A stretch of 63,005 bases of DNA, the filler included. It is 7 parts of 7 records of this genome, joined end to end, with 100 filler letters (N's around TTAATTAATTAA, not from the genome) between each part and the next. Parts side by side here need not be neighbours in the genome. Positions count along the whole stretch, not along the records: positions 37,410 to 49,308 come from SRR7504441_9947; positions 49,409 to 63,005 come from SRR7504441_9973; 5 more parts are not named here. One strand, written 5' to 3'. The position numbers were made by a program, and so were the translations under genes. The notes under the pieces were generated by a model, which was given only the letters and a program-made list of their open reading frames with translations, did no database searches and was not told the DNA's origin. This document shows positions 48,044-59,547 of this stretch, piece after piece (the stretch's first letter is position 1; every line of letters begins with the position of its first letter).

Positions 48044-48784
48044 ATGTATACATATAATATCTCCGCGATAAATCACATTAATGAGTTAAAACTACGTACA
48101 TTTTATACACTTTTATCAGTTAACTTAACTTTTTGTGTGGCTTATATTTATTCTTTAGAGTTATTTTATTTTCTAGCAAAGCCTTTAATAAATATAAATA
48201 TTACAGACTTTGAGTATTCATTAATTTATACAGACATTAGTGAGGCGTTTTTTACATATCTAAACATAAGTATATATATATCATTATTTCTAGGTACATT
48301 ACTCTTAATTCATCATTTTACATACTTCATAACACCCGGTTTATTTAACACGGAAGCAAAATTTTTAGTTAAAATAAAAAATAGCTTTTATATTGCATGC
48401 TTAATAAGCATAATAATAACGTATGTCTTTGTAATACCTTTTATTTGGCATTTTTTTATTAGTAGCGATACTTCAAATAATCTAATAGCGATTAATATTC
48501 ATTTTGAGGGTAAATTAAATGAATATGTTTTTATTTTGGTAAGAGTCTTTTTCACTATTATTTGTCTATTTTTGACTCCCTTACTTTTGTTTACTGCAAC
48601 TAAGCTTAATTTAGTTTCTATGAATAGTCTTATAAAACAAAGAAAATTTGCTTTTATACTACTATTCATTTTAGGTGCTTTAATATCACCTCCAGACGTT
48701 GTTAGCCAAGTTCTTTTAGCTCTGCCATTATGTATTAGTTACGAATTAGTAATTTTTATCATGTTAAGTCATAAGAATTGCTAA
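48044..48784 (+). CDS. tatC: Twin-arginine translocase subunit TatC (mttB)
   Basis: HINELKLR; TDISEAF; FITPGL; ALISPPDVVSQ..YEL. Confidence 0.95.
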   Translation: MYTYNISAINHINELKLRTFYTLLSVNLTFCVAYIYSLELFYFLAKPLININITDFEYSLIYTDISEAFFTYLNISIYISLFLGTLLLIHHFTYFITPGLFNTEAKFLVKIKNSFYIACLISIIITYVFVIPFIWHFFISSDTSNNLIAINIHFEGKLNEYVFILVRVFFTIICLFLTPLLLFTATKLNLVSMNSLIKQRKFAFILLFILGALISPPDVVSQVLLALPLCISYELVIFIMLSHKNC

Positions 48785-49308
48785 TTCAAAAGCTTTGCTA
48801 ATTCACTAGGACTTGTTATATTAAAGGTTCGTTTTTTTAGTGGATTATACTCTTTAACACCTTGATTAACGTTTTGCTCATTTAAATGCCAAGCATATTC
48901 ATATGTAATATCAAAGCGCGTTTCCACTGGAAAAGCTAAATCAGTATAAAGCTGGTTATTCACATGATAATGAGTTAAGGGACCAATTTTAAGAGGACCC
49001 CCAGAAGCCATAGGATAACTCACTTCTGAAATTGCTACAAGAGTACCAACTCCAGCGGCTACTTTAGCGCAGGCTGGACCTGTCCTAGTTAAGAACTTCC
49101 ACATACCACGGGTCTGTTGCAAGCTATGAGGTACTTTTACCCTATTTAAGTCAGCCTTATTGGTCCATAAACGTAAGAGTTCAATAATAACATCAAATAG
49201 GATGATACAATAAGATAAACTTAATAAGATCCAAACCCAAGAATAGTCTGAGAGAAGGAAATCCATAAAATATAACCCACAGAATGTTCCAAAATACGTT
49301 ACCAAACA
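48781..49308 (-). CDS. Unidentified mitochondrial ORF (5' truncated, hydrophobic N-terminal part)
   Basis: At least 174 open codons in AT-rich DNA; overlaps the tatC end by 4 nt. Confidence 0.6.
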   Translation of the reverse strand, partial: CLVTYFGTFCGLYFMDFLLSDYSWVWILLSLSYCIILFDVIIELLRLWTNKADLNRVKVPHSLQQTRGMWKFLTRTGPACAKVAAGVGTLVAISEVSYPMASGGPLKIGPLTHYHVNNQLYTDLAFPVETRFDITYEYAWHLNEQNVNQGVKEYNPLKKRTFNITSPSELAKLLN

Positions 49309-49408
49309 NNNNNNNNNNNNNNNNNNNNNNNNNNNNNNNNNNNNNNNNNNNNTTAATTAATTAANNNNNNNNNNNNNNNNNNNNNNNNNNNNNNNNNNNN
49401 NNNNNNNN
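49309..49408. other. Artificial contig spacer
   Basis: N44-TTAATTAATTAA-N44. Confidence 0.99.
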
Positions 49409-49667
49409 GTGGGAGCCAGCCGCCCACCTGCCGGCCCAGAACAGCTGAAGGCCTCACAGGGTGTCAGGATAATAAATATACTATTAATCCCCCGCCCATA
49501 AATCGGAACTATCCGGAGCTCAAAGCGAGCCTCGGCGGCGTCGCGTTCGGTGGGTTCGGTTTAACGGCGGGGTGTAGACGGGGAGGTTTGGGGTGAGTTT
49601 TAGGGTGAGGTTTGGGTGGGGTTTGAGGCTGGACCCCATGGGAGACCATAATGTTTAATTTAGAATG

Positions 49668-49744
49668 TTGTAGGGGTTTTGGAGAGACCTTGAGTGGAGG
49701 GGACCGAAGGGGACCGAACGATAGGTTCTCCAAAACCCCTACAA
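49668..49744. repeat. Perfect 18-bp inverted repeat with a 41-bp spacer
   Basis: TTGTAGGGGTTTTGGAGA (49668-49685) and TCTCCAAAACCCCTACAA (49727-49744). Confidence 0.9.
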
Positions 49745-49876
49745 TATATTATATATGTACGACGAGTAAATTACGTAAAATTATTGATGCGGGCTACAGT
49801 AGCGTCACGGGCCAGGCGATCAGCAAAAACACAACAACGGACTTTTATCCTGACCCGGTGTGACACCTCCGGCATC

Positions 49877-51187
49877 ATGCTGGCTCGCGGGACGTTGAGC
49901 CGGCTGGGCCTGGGACTGCGCCAGTTTAGCGGCACCACGACGGCGGTGACCCCGTCCGCCCTGCGCATTTCGGCCGATCGGATGCTGGACCACTACACGG
50001 CGATCCAGCAGCCCAACGGCGGCCTGGACGGCTGGACTGATCCGTGCCACTACTGCAAGCTGCCCAACGCGCTGGTTTGGGGCGGTGAGCTTGCGGAGCC
50101 GGCTAGCCGTCTGAGACGCGGCGCAGGCCGGATCAAGGAAGCTGACGCGATGCTCGATTATTGCGTGGAGACTTTCATGCGCGAGAACGGCGACTTTTGC
50201 CTGGCCGACGCCCCGGGCCACTTTGCCCCGCTGGACAAGAAGACGCTGCACTGGTGCACGCCGAGTACAGGCGATTGCTCAGCCGGTGCAGGGAGTTTTA
50301 CGACTTTTACGCTTACCTCAATCAGTGGTGGATCACTGCTGGGATTCGGCTCAGTCGGTGAGCTGTGTGCCAAGCGGGCCGTGGAGCCCAGGACAGGTTC
50401 GACTTTGTGCCCAAGGCCTTCAACTACGTCGAGACAAACTGGTACAACCCGGTGGCCCAGGCTGGGATCCTGCAGGAGCCGCTCGATGGCCGGTACGAAA
50501 ACTGCATCTTCACCTCGGCGCACCTGGGTTTCTCGATGATGCACATGGGAGAGCTGCAGAAGAGCTGTGCGCTGGGCGATACGATCGTGACGATGGTGGG
50601 CAAGCAGCCGGACCTGGACAACGAGACGCTCACGTACTATAATCGGTTTAATGATCAGATGCAGCTGCTCACTAGCTTTGCGGCTGACGATCCAGGAGTC
50701 AAGCTGGCTGCGATCATAGACGGCAAGGCAACCGGGCAGTGTTGGTGGTGGCTGGCCGGCTGCTCGCAGGCAGTGAGCGTGTCACAGGTCACTCGGGTAT
50801 CCGGCTGCGTTCCTGGCCCACCTTTACAGCTGCACTGGCAATCACGAATATCTGGCAACGGCGGAGCGGATCCTGGAGTTTGCCAGCCGGTGCAATCCGG
50901 ACATCCGGTCGAATATTGTTGCTCACAAAGTGATGTGGGCCGCGAGTCTCGTGGGAAATTTAACAGGCAAGAAGCGTTACTGGGAGCTGGTCGATGATAT
51001 TGCCGGACACATCATAAACGTGGGCCAAGTTGACGATGGCCGCGTGCTAAACTGGGGCTGGGAGCGCGGCACTGAGTATGGCGAGGCTCAAGTTATTGAT
51101 CAGACGGGCGAGATCGCCTATTGGTTTTTCGTCGTGGCTCGGCAGATGGAGAAAGCTCAAGCAGCCGGGCGGTACCCCGGCTGTTAA
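49877..51187 (+). CDS. Uncharacterised helical (alpha/alpha-barrel-like) protein with a mitochondrial-type presequence; 4 introns
   Basis: Introns 50085-50126, 50254-50291, 50358-50396 and 50748-50787 give one frame; MLARGTLSRLGLGLRQFS leader; hairpin motifs LYSCTGNHEYL and LTGKKRY. Confidence 0.75.
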
Positions 51188-51426
51188 CATGGCAACTAAT
51201 TGAGCGCGTTCACAATCTCCGAGTACATGTAACATTACTGTTAATCGGCACCAAGAAGAAGGCGCACATAATCGTAATGTAATCGCGCTAAAGTGTTTCC
51301 TTGATTAATTATAAGTTAGGCGCGCGTAGCCGCTTGCAGCTACGCCTCGAAACATGTGGCCACGCTCGAGGATTTAAGATCATTTATGATCATGGGGAGG
51401 GTTTTAAAGCACGTGATCGTATTTAA

Positions 51427-54400
51427 TCACCATAATGGGCACCAGCCTGCAAACGATTGACAGAGATTTTCGTGTGATGTTGCTTCTAGAATGAGATGCG
51501 AAACCTGATCCGGAACACTCTTCGCCTCGATCTGCCTTGGATCTTCTCCCCCGTTAATCTTGGCATGGATCCTTGCCAACACCCGCTCTGCCACCGCATT
51601 GAGCTCCTTTCTCGAGCCTGAACGATCGAGATAGTCCTGGTAGCTCGGTGGGGCCAGTGTGTTCCCCTTCATGGTACCCCATTCTGCATCGTCTGCTTTT
51701 GTTTCCCCAAGGGCGTCCTCTCCGAGGGCTATAAGGCATTCCTCAGGGTGCTCCTCTTGGTAGAGTAGCCGCCAATTGATCAAAGGATCGTGTACAAAGG
51801 CCTCCAACATCGCTAGCACCGAATGTTGGTGGTCCCGAATAACCCCCATAACATGCTCGCATGTGTTGCGAAAACCCCCCTCGACCTTGCATGCTGGTAA
51901 AGCATTTACTAATTGGCGCGTCAACCGGAACGGCATCTTCTCTGGAAAATGCGGCCTATGCATTGTGACCTCGAAGCATTCCCCGTAATCAATATGCACC
52001 ACATTCCCTGTGGTCCGCTCAATCATGATATTTTGCGGGTGCCGATCTCCAAGGCCCAGGATATAGCCTACCATTGAATTGGCGGCCAGCGTCTTCGTGT
52101 AATGTGTCCGACGGCGGACCCACTCCTGAGCGTTTGGAGCCTTAAGCCACATGATTTTGTAGAGATCTGTGCCACTGGTTGAGCACAGAGCCTCTTCAAA
52201 CGCCTCTATCTTATTCACGAGAGGGAGTTGTTCGTACCCCTGTTTCCCGTTACAAAATTCGTGCAGTCTTTCCATCTCCACCCTCGCTGGAATGCCCCGC
52301 TGTGTGCGATACCCGGAAATCAAGGTTTGGATCGTGTCGGTGTTTGGGACCCACTCTGCTAACCCAGTTGTGACCGAAAGTGGTACAATTGCATAGTGCG
52401 GTATCATAAGCCCTGCATGCATAGTCATCTGAAGCTGTTGTCTGTGACGGCCCAGCAGAGAATTCACTAGACGTAGAAGCTGCATGACCCGCTCGTCCTG
52501 GCGGAGATCTTCGTTCCCCTTGAGCAAAAAAGGTCGAAGAAAGCCCTTGGAAGATAAGATCTTGATTTTTCTTGGCCGCTGTTTCGATGGCAGCACCACT
52601 ACCTTGTCTTCAAAGCCCGAAATCGTATCCACTGGCTGGAAGGGCTTGTAACTACCTGGTATCGCAAGTTGCATCGGGCCATACCGCTGTAACAGGGGTG
52701 CCACACTTGCGAGTGACAACACTTTTGTTTTTTCTAGTTTAGCACACATCTCGTTAAAAATACGTCGGTAGTGTCTCCAAGCCCGCTGCATCTCTAGTTT
52801 CACGCCATTGGTCTGGTAGTTGCGCTGGAATTTGAGGGCATGCCATAGGGCAGCACCCATCTGCTGCACAAAGGCCACTTGAGATGGCGTCAAGGCCGCA
52901 GCGCATGTAGAATGAGGCTCTGAGAAGGCTCCCAGGCCAGTCTCGAAACCCCGATGCATTTCGTCAAGCACTCCAAGCGCCCCGTTCTGGTCGTTGGCAG
53001 CAAACCAGTTGGTTGCTGCTCGATCTAGAGCCATTTTGCACTGTTCTTCCCACAGGACTGCAGCGCGCTCCAATTCGGCCTTGAGGAGGCGGGCCTCTCG
53101 AACCAAGAGAGCAGCATTTTCGCCAAGACTTTGAAGGATCACTGCCGCTTCCTTCTGTTGGAGGGATTGTTCGTTATTCTTCTGCTCAGCCAGCACAATC
53201 AATGGAAGTGCTAGTGCTTGAGGGTGCTCTTGTGCCATTCGGATTACCAACTCTCTGATCTGCGCTCGTATTTGTTTAGATTTTATATCAATGCAAGCCA
53301 AGATCTGAGAGGCAATCGGCAGCCAGCAATGTGCAGGGACCCTATTCGCCGCTTGTTCAAGCTCCAGTCGTACGGCCTCCTCGTCCCCATACGAACACCA
53401 CAACCTAAACAGCCTGAGCTTGTCTTGGAGGGCTCGATCGTCGTCTATGTGCATCGCCCTGATGAACCCCTTCACAGCTGGAACAACGTGCGCATGAACA
53501 AATTCTCGTCTTTCATCTTGCAGCATCCTCTTGCTTTGAGTACGCCGCAAGCCAGTCTCACTCCGGCGGAGATCATGCTCGCCTAAGATGCTGTCGCGAG
53601 ATGTCGGGGAGATGACACTCCTGACGATGTCTATCTCGCCCGTGGCGGCAACAATCTGATAGTGAAGAGTTGCAAGCTTGTGCCAGGCACGATATCTAGC
53701 CGGGGTCTGTTGTGTAGCTAGCTGTAGCATATGAAGCGCAGTAGTGATGTTACTATCGTCTATATACTCTGTCCTGTGCAGACCTGAGGTGAGGTACTCG
53801 CCGTGCTTTTGTAGACACCTGAGCAAGACCACACATCAGCGCCCATTCAAGTCCAACAAGCATACCGCGTAAAAAAATCCCGATCTCCGCGCTGAACCTG
53901 TGGCGAGGACGTAAGGTTTGATAGGACAGTGAGTGCTTCGGTTTGGTGCCCGAGACCCCACATTGTTTTCGCCCATTGAAACTGCACTCGGGGGTCGGGG
54001 TGTTCTGACGGAGTCGGGCATGACGGCAACTTGGCGCAGAGTCGCAAGATAGTCCTCTCGGACATTTGCTTGCGGCCAGTCTGACGACACAGGCCCACAA
54101 ACATGAGCTCCATGTCCAGTTGCTCTTGTGGCGACAGGATGAGGCAATGGACCGCCCGAGAGCGCTGCCAGACTTCAGCTGAGGGTGTCATACCTCGCAG
54201 CCTCTCATTCCAGGCCTCCATCATCAGTGTACGGTAGTTGGCATCTTGTTGGCCTCGCACTGCTTCCTCGATTTCTGTCAGCCGTTGAAGGCGAACAACG
54301 ATCTTGTAGACCCTGAAATACTGAGCCTCGGGGTCATTGTACTCGTTTGATCCTGGCCCTAGTGCGACCAGAGCCTTGTCCACTGAGAGTCTGGCCTGGT

Positions 54401-57400
54401 GGACAACATCTGTGACTCGCGTAAGCTCATTGTGATGCAGTGCGATCGCAGCTTTGCAGAAGTGGTCACCGTGCGATGTGGCTTTGATTGATTGCGAATA
54501 GAGCTCCATGCTGTCCCAGTCGCCGAGTTGCAACGCTGATAGCGCAGCATGCTTCGCAAACGCTTGCCTCTGTGCATCCGAAAACCGATCCCATGCTCCT
54601 GCTGCTACCTGTGAACCGCAAGGCTCAGTTAGGCATTGGCCTCTAGCCTATGTACCTCAACTACTTCCTCCCAGCGTGAAAGTGCGTAGAGGCATTGGAT
54701 CTGCTGTAGCTTTGCTTCGACCAGGTCAGTCTCAGCTGCGTGCTCTGCACATTGCGAAAGCAGCTTGCGATGCATCTCGACTTCTGCTGGACTCATCTGA
54801 TGAAATCCTGTATTGGACTGCAGTAGCTCTGAACGATCTAGCGCGATCCCTAGGTAGTCGGTGCAGTACTGGTGCACTCCAATACTTGAATCGATCAGAT
54901 TAAGGGACCGATTGATTCCAACCAGCTCCTTATAAACTTTGCCGACCCGTTCGCGCTGCCCCTCCGGAACGGAGTTGCACTTCCAGCAACCTGTTTCTAT
55001 GACTCTCGCCTCGGAGTAAAATAAGGCAGTGCAGTGCGCCGAGAGCCTAGTCGCGGCTCTGCAAAGTACACAAATATCTAACGGGAACGGCTGCTCGCTT
55101 CGACTCATAAACTCTGCTAGTTCCAAAACTGACCGAACTATGTCCTGGGGCGGAATACCACGAGGGTCGTCGAGAATAACTTCAAACGTTTGAACCATTC
55201 TCTCCCTAGTTTCGCTAGACAGCTGTTTCCAACAAGACAAGATGGCTGGACAAAGTAATCGGTGTGCGGCCGGAGTATGCACCTTGACTAGATGGTTGCA
55301 GCATCGAAGCGAGTGATCGGGTGACTGCTTGAGCACTTCTTCAACTAAAAGCTGCTTCCAAATCACCCAGCCGTCTACCTCAGGCTGAGTAGGTAAGTCG
55401 CGTAACACCCGATCCAGGGCCTCCTCGTCGATAGAATAGCAAAGCTGGTCAACTTCGGCCATGGGCAGCTCAACTGAAGATCGCGAATACTGCCTTGGAG
55501 CGCGCCGTTTTGAGTCTGCTAGGTTGCAGATCAAGGTCTCAAAAAGCGAATGTGAGAGCTTTTGTTTGGCAATTTCCTGCTGAAATCCGGGCAGAAATAA
55601 CCGGAAGTCGGCGCCCATCTGTTGAATCATCTCGCATATGATGTCGAGCACCAGCTTTTTGACCTGAAGCCCCATGAGACGCAGACAAGGGTCATCTTGG
55701 CGCACCGTATGAGGGGAGGACTCATGAGAAAGTACTCTTAGGAGTGCTACACACACCGGAGATGCTTGATCGCCCAGCGAAATAGTACTAGCCAGGTCTT
55801 TGAAAGACTTGAGCGCCTAGGGACTCCCTATTAGTTGTCATCGGTGAGCTGGTAGGCACCTGGATGCGAATGCCGAGCTGAGATGTGTCTGAAGGCTCGA
55901 AAATGCTCATGAAACCAGGAATAAGAAGATCCAAGTGATCGTCTAGAGTGGACCCGCAGAGCTCTAGAAATCGCAGAATATCACTTGTTGTACTAGTATT
56001 GCTGTGTCGAGGGCTCTGTGAATCAGAGATAGAATCGCTGTGCTTCGATGGTTTGAGTGAATCTAGTAACAGCGGCAGGACTTGGTGGTAGTATTGCTTC
56101 AACATGTTTGGAATTTCTGCAGCAAGCGCGTTAAGCAGCAGCATGACATGAGCTCGCAATGCTGGGTCCTCACGCCAGCTCATAGTTGCCTGGCAAAAGC
56201 TCAGTCATACAAAGGATAGCGGACCACACACCAGTAACATCAGATTGTCGACATACCCAGTGATATGTGAGCTGACGCTATTGACAATATTTGCGTAGCA
56301 CATAAAAAGCTCTTCCCTGTCCAGGCGCGCACTGCGCTCTCTCACCTGCAATGCTGCTCAGTCGCTGGACTGCAGAGGTAGGGCTTGCCATCTTTTGAAG
56401 TAGTGGCATGACGATTGGAAGAAATCGGGGAGAGTCAGGACCGTGCTTTTCAAATGGCGACAAGAGAATGGGCAACAGCAATTTGCTTTCTAGCCGGTCA
56501 CGGGCATCGGAACCGAGGATGTCTCTCACTACACTGATCGCTGTCACGGTGCAGTGGTCCTCATGGCTTGCACAGGACCATTCAGGAAGGTCCTCGCTGA
56601 TATCGCCCTCTAGACTGGCGTTGAGACTGAACCCTATTGGGGCGTTCATCCCAGTTCCCGCTACCAATGGAGCGTTTACCCCAGGCCCGCCGCGAGATTG
56701 GGAAATGGCCATTGTCAGTGCAAATGAATTAAACTCGTCCTGGTCGACAAACCCATCGTTGTTAAGGTCCAGCGTTGCAAATGTTGGTTTGACCTGCCCC
56801 CGCTCCATCCCATACCAAGTGGTAGAAATTGGATTGACTTCGGCCGCAAATCGCTTGGTCCTAGTTGAATCCCACGTTGCGCCCTGAAGCATACGGCCAA
56901 GTTTGAATGGACAAATAGCTCCAATGGCGCCCAGTAGTCGGCCAGCCTCAAGCCGGACCCTCTGGTCGCTCTTCGACGACGTGACAATGGTCAGAAGCAG
57001 TGGCATCAAGTTGGGCTGCATGGAATATGGCTGCATCACAACCCCGGTAGACTCGACCAGAAGGACCAGAGCTGAAAGCGTCTCGAGCACCAAGCTAACT
57101 TCGTCATCCGAAAAACGCCTGTACCCCTCTAGGAGCCTCGTTCCCACCTGCAACCCGAAATCAGCAAGTTCAAGTGTTTCAACCGCGGCCAACTGACCTC
57201 GAATAGCTTAGGCAGGCACGACTGAATTGCTTGCTGATCGATGGCAGCAAGAGCAGAGGTTACCGCCAGTACTTTGCATTGCCTCCTACTAGTGTCCACA
57301 CCTCGGTTGCCTTGGCTCCCAGGGTTTTCGGCCTCAAGAGCTTTCTCGGGCTCCAGTACCAGCAGTGGCGTGAGCGCCGAAAGTATTGACTTGACGTGTG

Positions 57401-59462
57401 GTTTGAGCACCGCATGTGCTGATTGAACTATAGCGTGGAGCACAGAAAGCGCTCGGAGCTTTGATATGCCTTCAGGCTGGTGTCGCACCTCGTTCATGAC
57501 CTGGAGCAGCTTCTTCAGCAACAGCGGATGCAGGTGGAAGGGATTTAACGCCGCGTTTTGTCCAATCACATTGACAGCGGCATGCTGCACCGCTGTGCTC
57601 TCATCATAAAGCGCGAAGCCGAGCTGTCTGATGGTGGAAATGTCTTTCACCATTAGGTCAAGCTGGCACCACGGGGCAGCGAGCAGCTGAAACACCTCCA
57701 GCCTGACTGCAGCCCGGGCAGCCGAGACCGCCATCCGGATCAGCCATTTGAGTAGCGTTGGCTGCAACAGTCCGGGCGCCCGCTGCGTCACACCACTCAG
57801 AGCTTTTGCAGCCAGAAGCTGAGCCTGCTCGGTGCGATCTGCAGCACGTGCCTCCAGGACCTCCATTAGTCCATGTGTCAGCGCCTCTGCAGCGTCCAGC
57901 TCCAAGTTCTGCCAATCAAACACTGCGACGAGCTCTAGCATCGGGATCAGCTGGTCGTCGGACATGTCGCCGGCCTTGACCGCCAGGACCCGATCGAGAA
58001 TGGCCGACTGAATGCGAGTCTGTGCATTTGGCAAGCTGCACGCAATCTCGGATAACGACTGAGCGAGCACGGCCCCGAGCGGGGCTTGAGTCATGCTGGT
58101 AAGAATGTATTCCAGCCTCGGCCTGAGCTGCTCTGTTGCATCCGAAGTTAGCATTGCGAGCACCTTGTAAGCGCATGTGGAGGCCGGCGTGTTGGGATGC
58201 AACAAGCTCTGGCACGCGGCTTCAGCGATCAGGAGTGCCCACGGCTGGAGTGCAGCGGCCCCGATGAGCCCTGCTGTCTTGAGCAGCGCCGTGAACCCGG
58301 CCTGGGTCCGCTCGGCATCCCTGTCTTGCAGAGCCTCCAACAGTGCCTCGATTGCCCTCTCCAGAGGCCGGTGAGGGCCCTGTGCAAACCTAACGGGGGA
58401 GAGCTTGGCCAGTGTAGGTATAGAGAGCAGGGCGAGCTGCTGCACTGACTGGTGTGGACTCTCCAGGCAGCTGATCACCTTGCGGCAGGCTGGCTCCCAG
58501 TGGACTGAGAGCCCTTGTGCCTGCGCGGCCGCTGTCTGGTTGAGAGTGTCGAAGTGGTCCACCAGCAGCTGCAACAGCAGCAGCCCGCCGTGCTCCCGGC
58601 CCTCCTCGGTCTGGGCCAGATCGGCATCCACAGGATCGAACAGCCGCTCCACCAGGAAGTTGCAGAACACAGCTTCAACGTTAGTCTCTAGCCACGCAGC
58701 CAGCAGCTGAGTGGCCACCGCCGAGCGCAGCTGGGTGTGCCGGCAGAAGAGCGGCTGCCACATGGTCTCGAACAGCTCCAAGTGCTTGCTCCGGCAACGC
58801 ACCTGCCCCCGGGCTCGACCCACCGCCGTTGAGCACAGCACCGGGGCGTAAACCGCCAGCTCAGTGAGCAGCAGCACTGCTGTGAGTGTTGGAGTGACCA
58901 GCGCACTCCGGTTGTGCTTGGGCTCGCTGTAGTGCCCCAAGACCTGCCCCAGCTCAGCCCTGGTCTGGCCGGGCCGGTCACGCTCAGCGCGTTGCTCATC
59001 GCCTCGTCCACTGTGTTGTGCACCAGAGTTCCTCCAGCCTGCGCTACCTTGCCAAACAGCCGGGCGGCGGCCTCCATCGTGTCCTGGTGCGGCTTCTCCC
59101 AGAGCGGCACCTTGAGGAACCCCAAAATGTCCCAAAGCGCCTGCGCCTTGTACACCTGGCCCAGCCCGCTCGCAACGGCACAGCGCACGGCAGGGCACCG
59201 CTGACATCTGAAACTCCTTGGTGGCCTGCAGCCGCTCGAGCAGCCGAAGCGCGGCCACCCGCTCGGCCAGCTTGCCGCTCTTGAGCATCTTTGTGATGTC
59301 GGCGCCCTCTTTGTCGCAGCCGAGCCCCGTCAGCCCGCAGGCCCGCTTCCACACACCCCAATGGTCCTCGTGCCGGTGGGCCAGCTCGTACCGGAACTGT
59401 TCGCACCGGGCGGCCAGCCAGGCCCCGCCCAGCTCCTCCTCCTCCTGATCCCCCTCCTCCAT
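51427..59462 (-). CDS. TOR: Target of rapamycin kinase (divergent), multi-exon
   Basis: HEAT repeats; FAT; FRB-like VLWEE..AWRHY; kinase SKQRPRK, FLLKGNEDLRQDERVMQL, GLGDRHPQNI, HIDYGECFE; FATC SHENLCQSFAGWCPLW. Not every exon junction was traced. Confidence 0.95.
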
Positions 59463-59547
59463 CCGAGCCGACAGATCGCAGACTGGCCACTGGCCAGCCG
59501 TGGCGATGCCGTTATCTTGGGGCCAATGGACGACTGAGGAACGAGAG

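Noticed and set aside
49570-49630. G/T-rich tract as a telomere
   Set aside because: Only one TTTTAGGG unit; irregular and not terminal.
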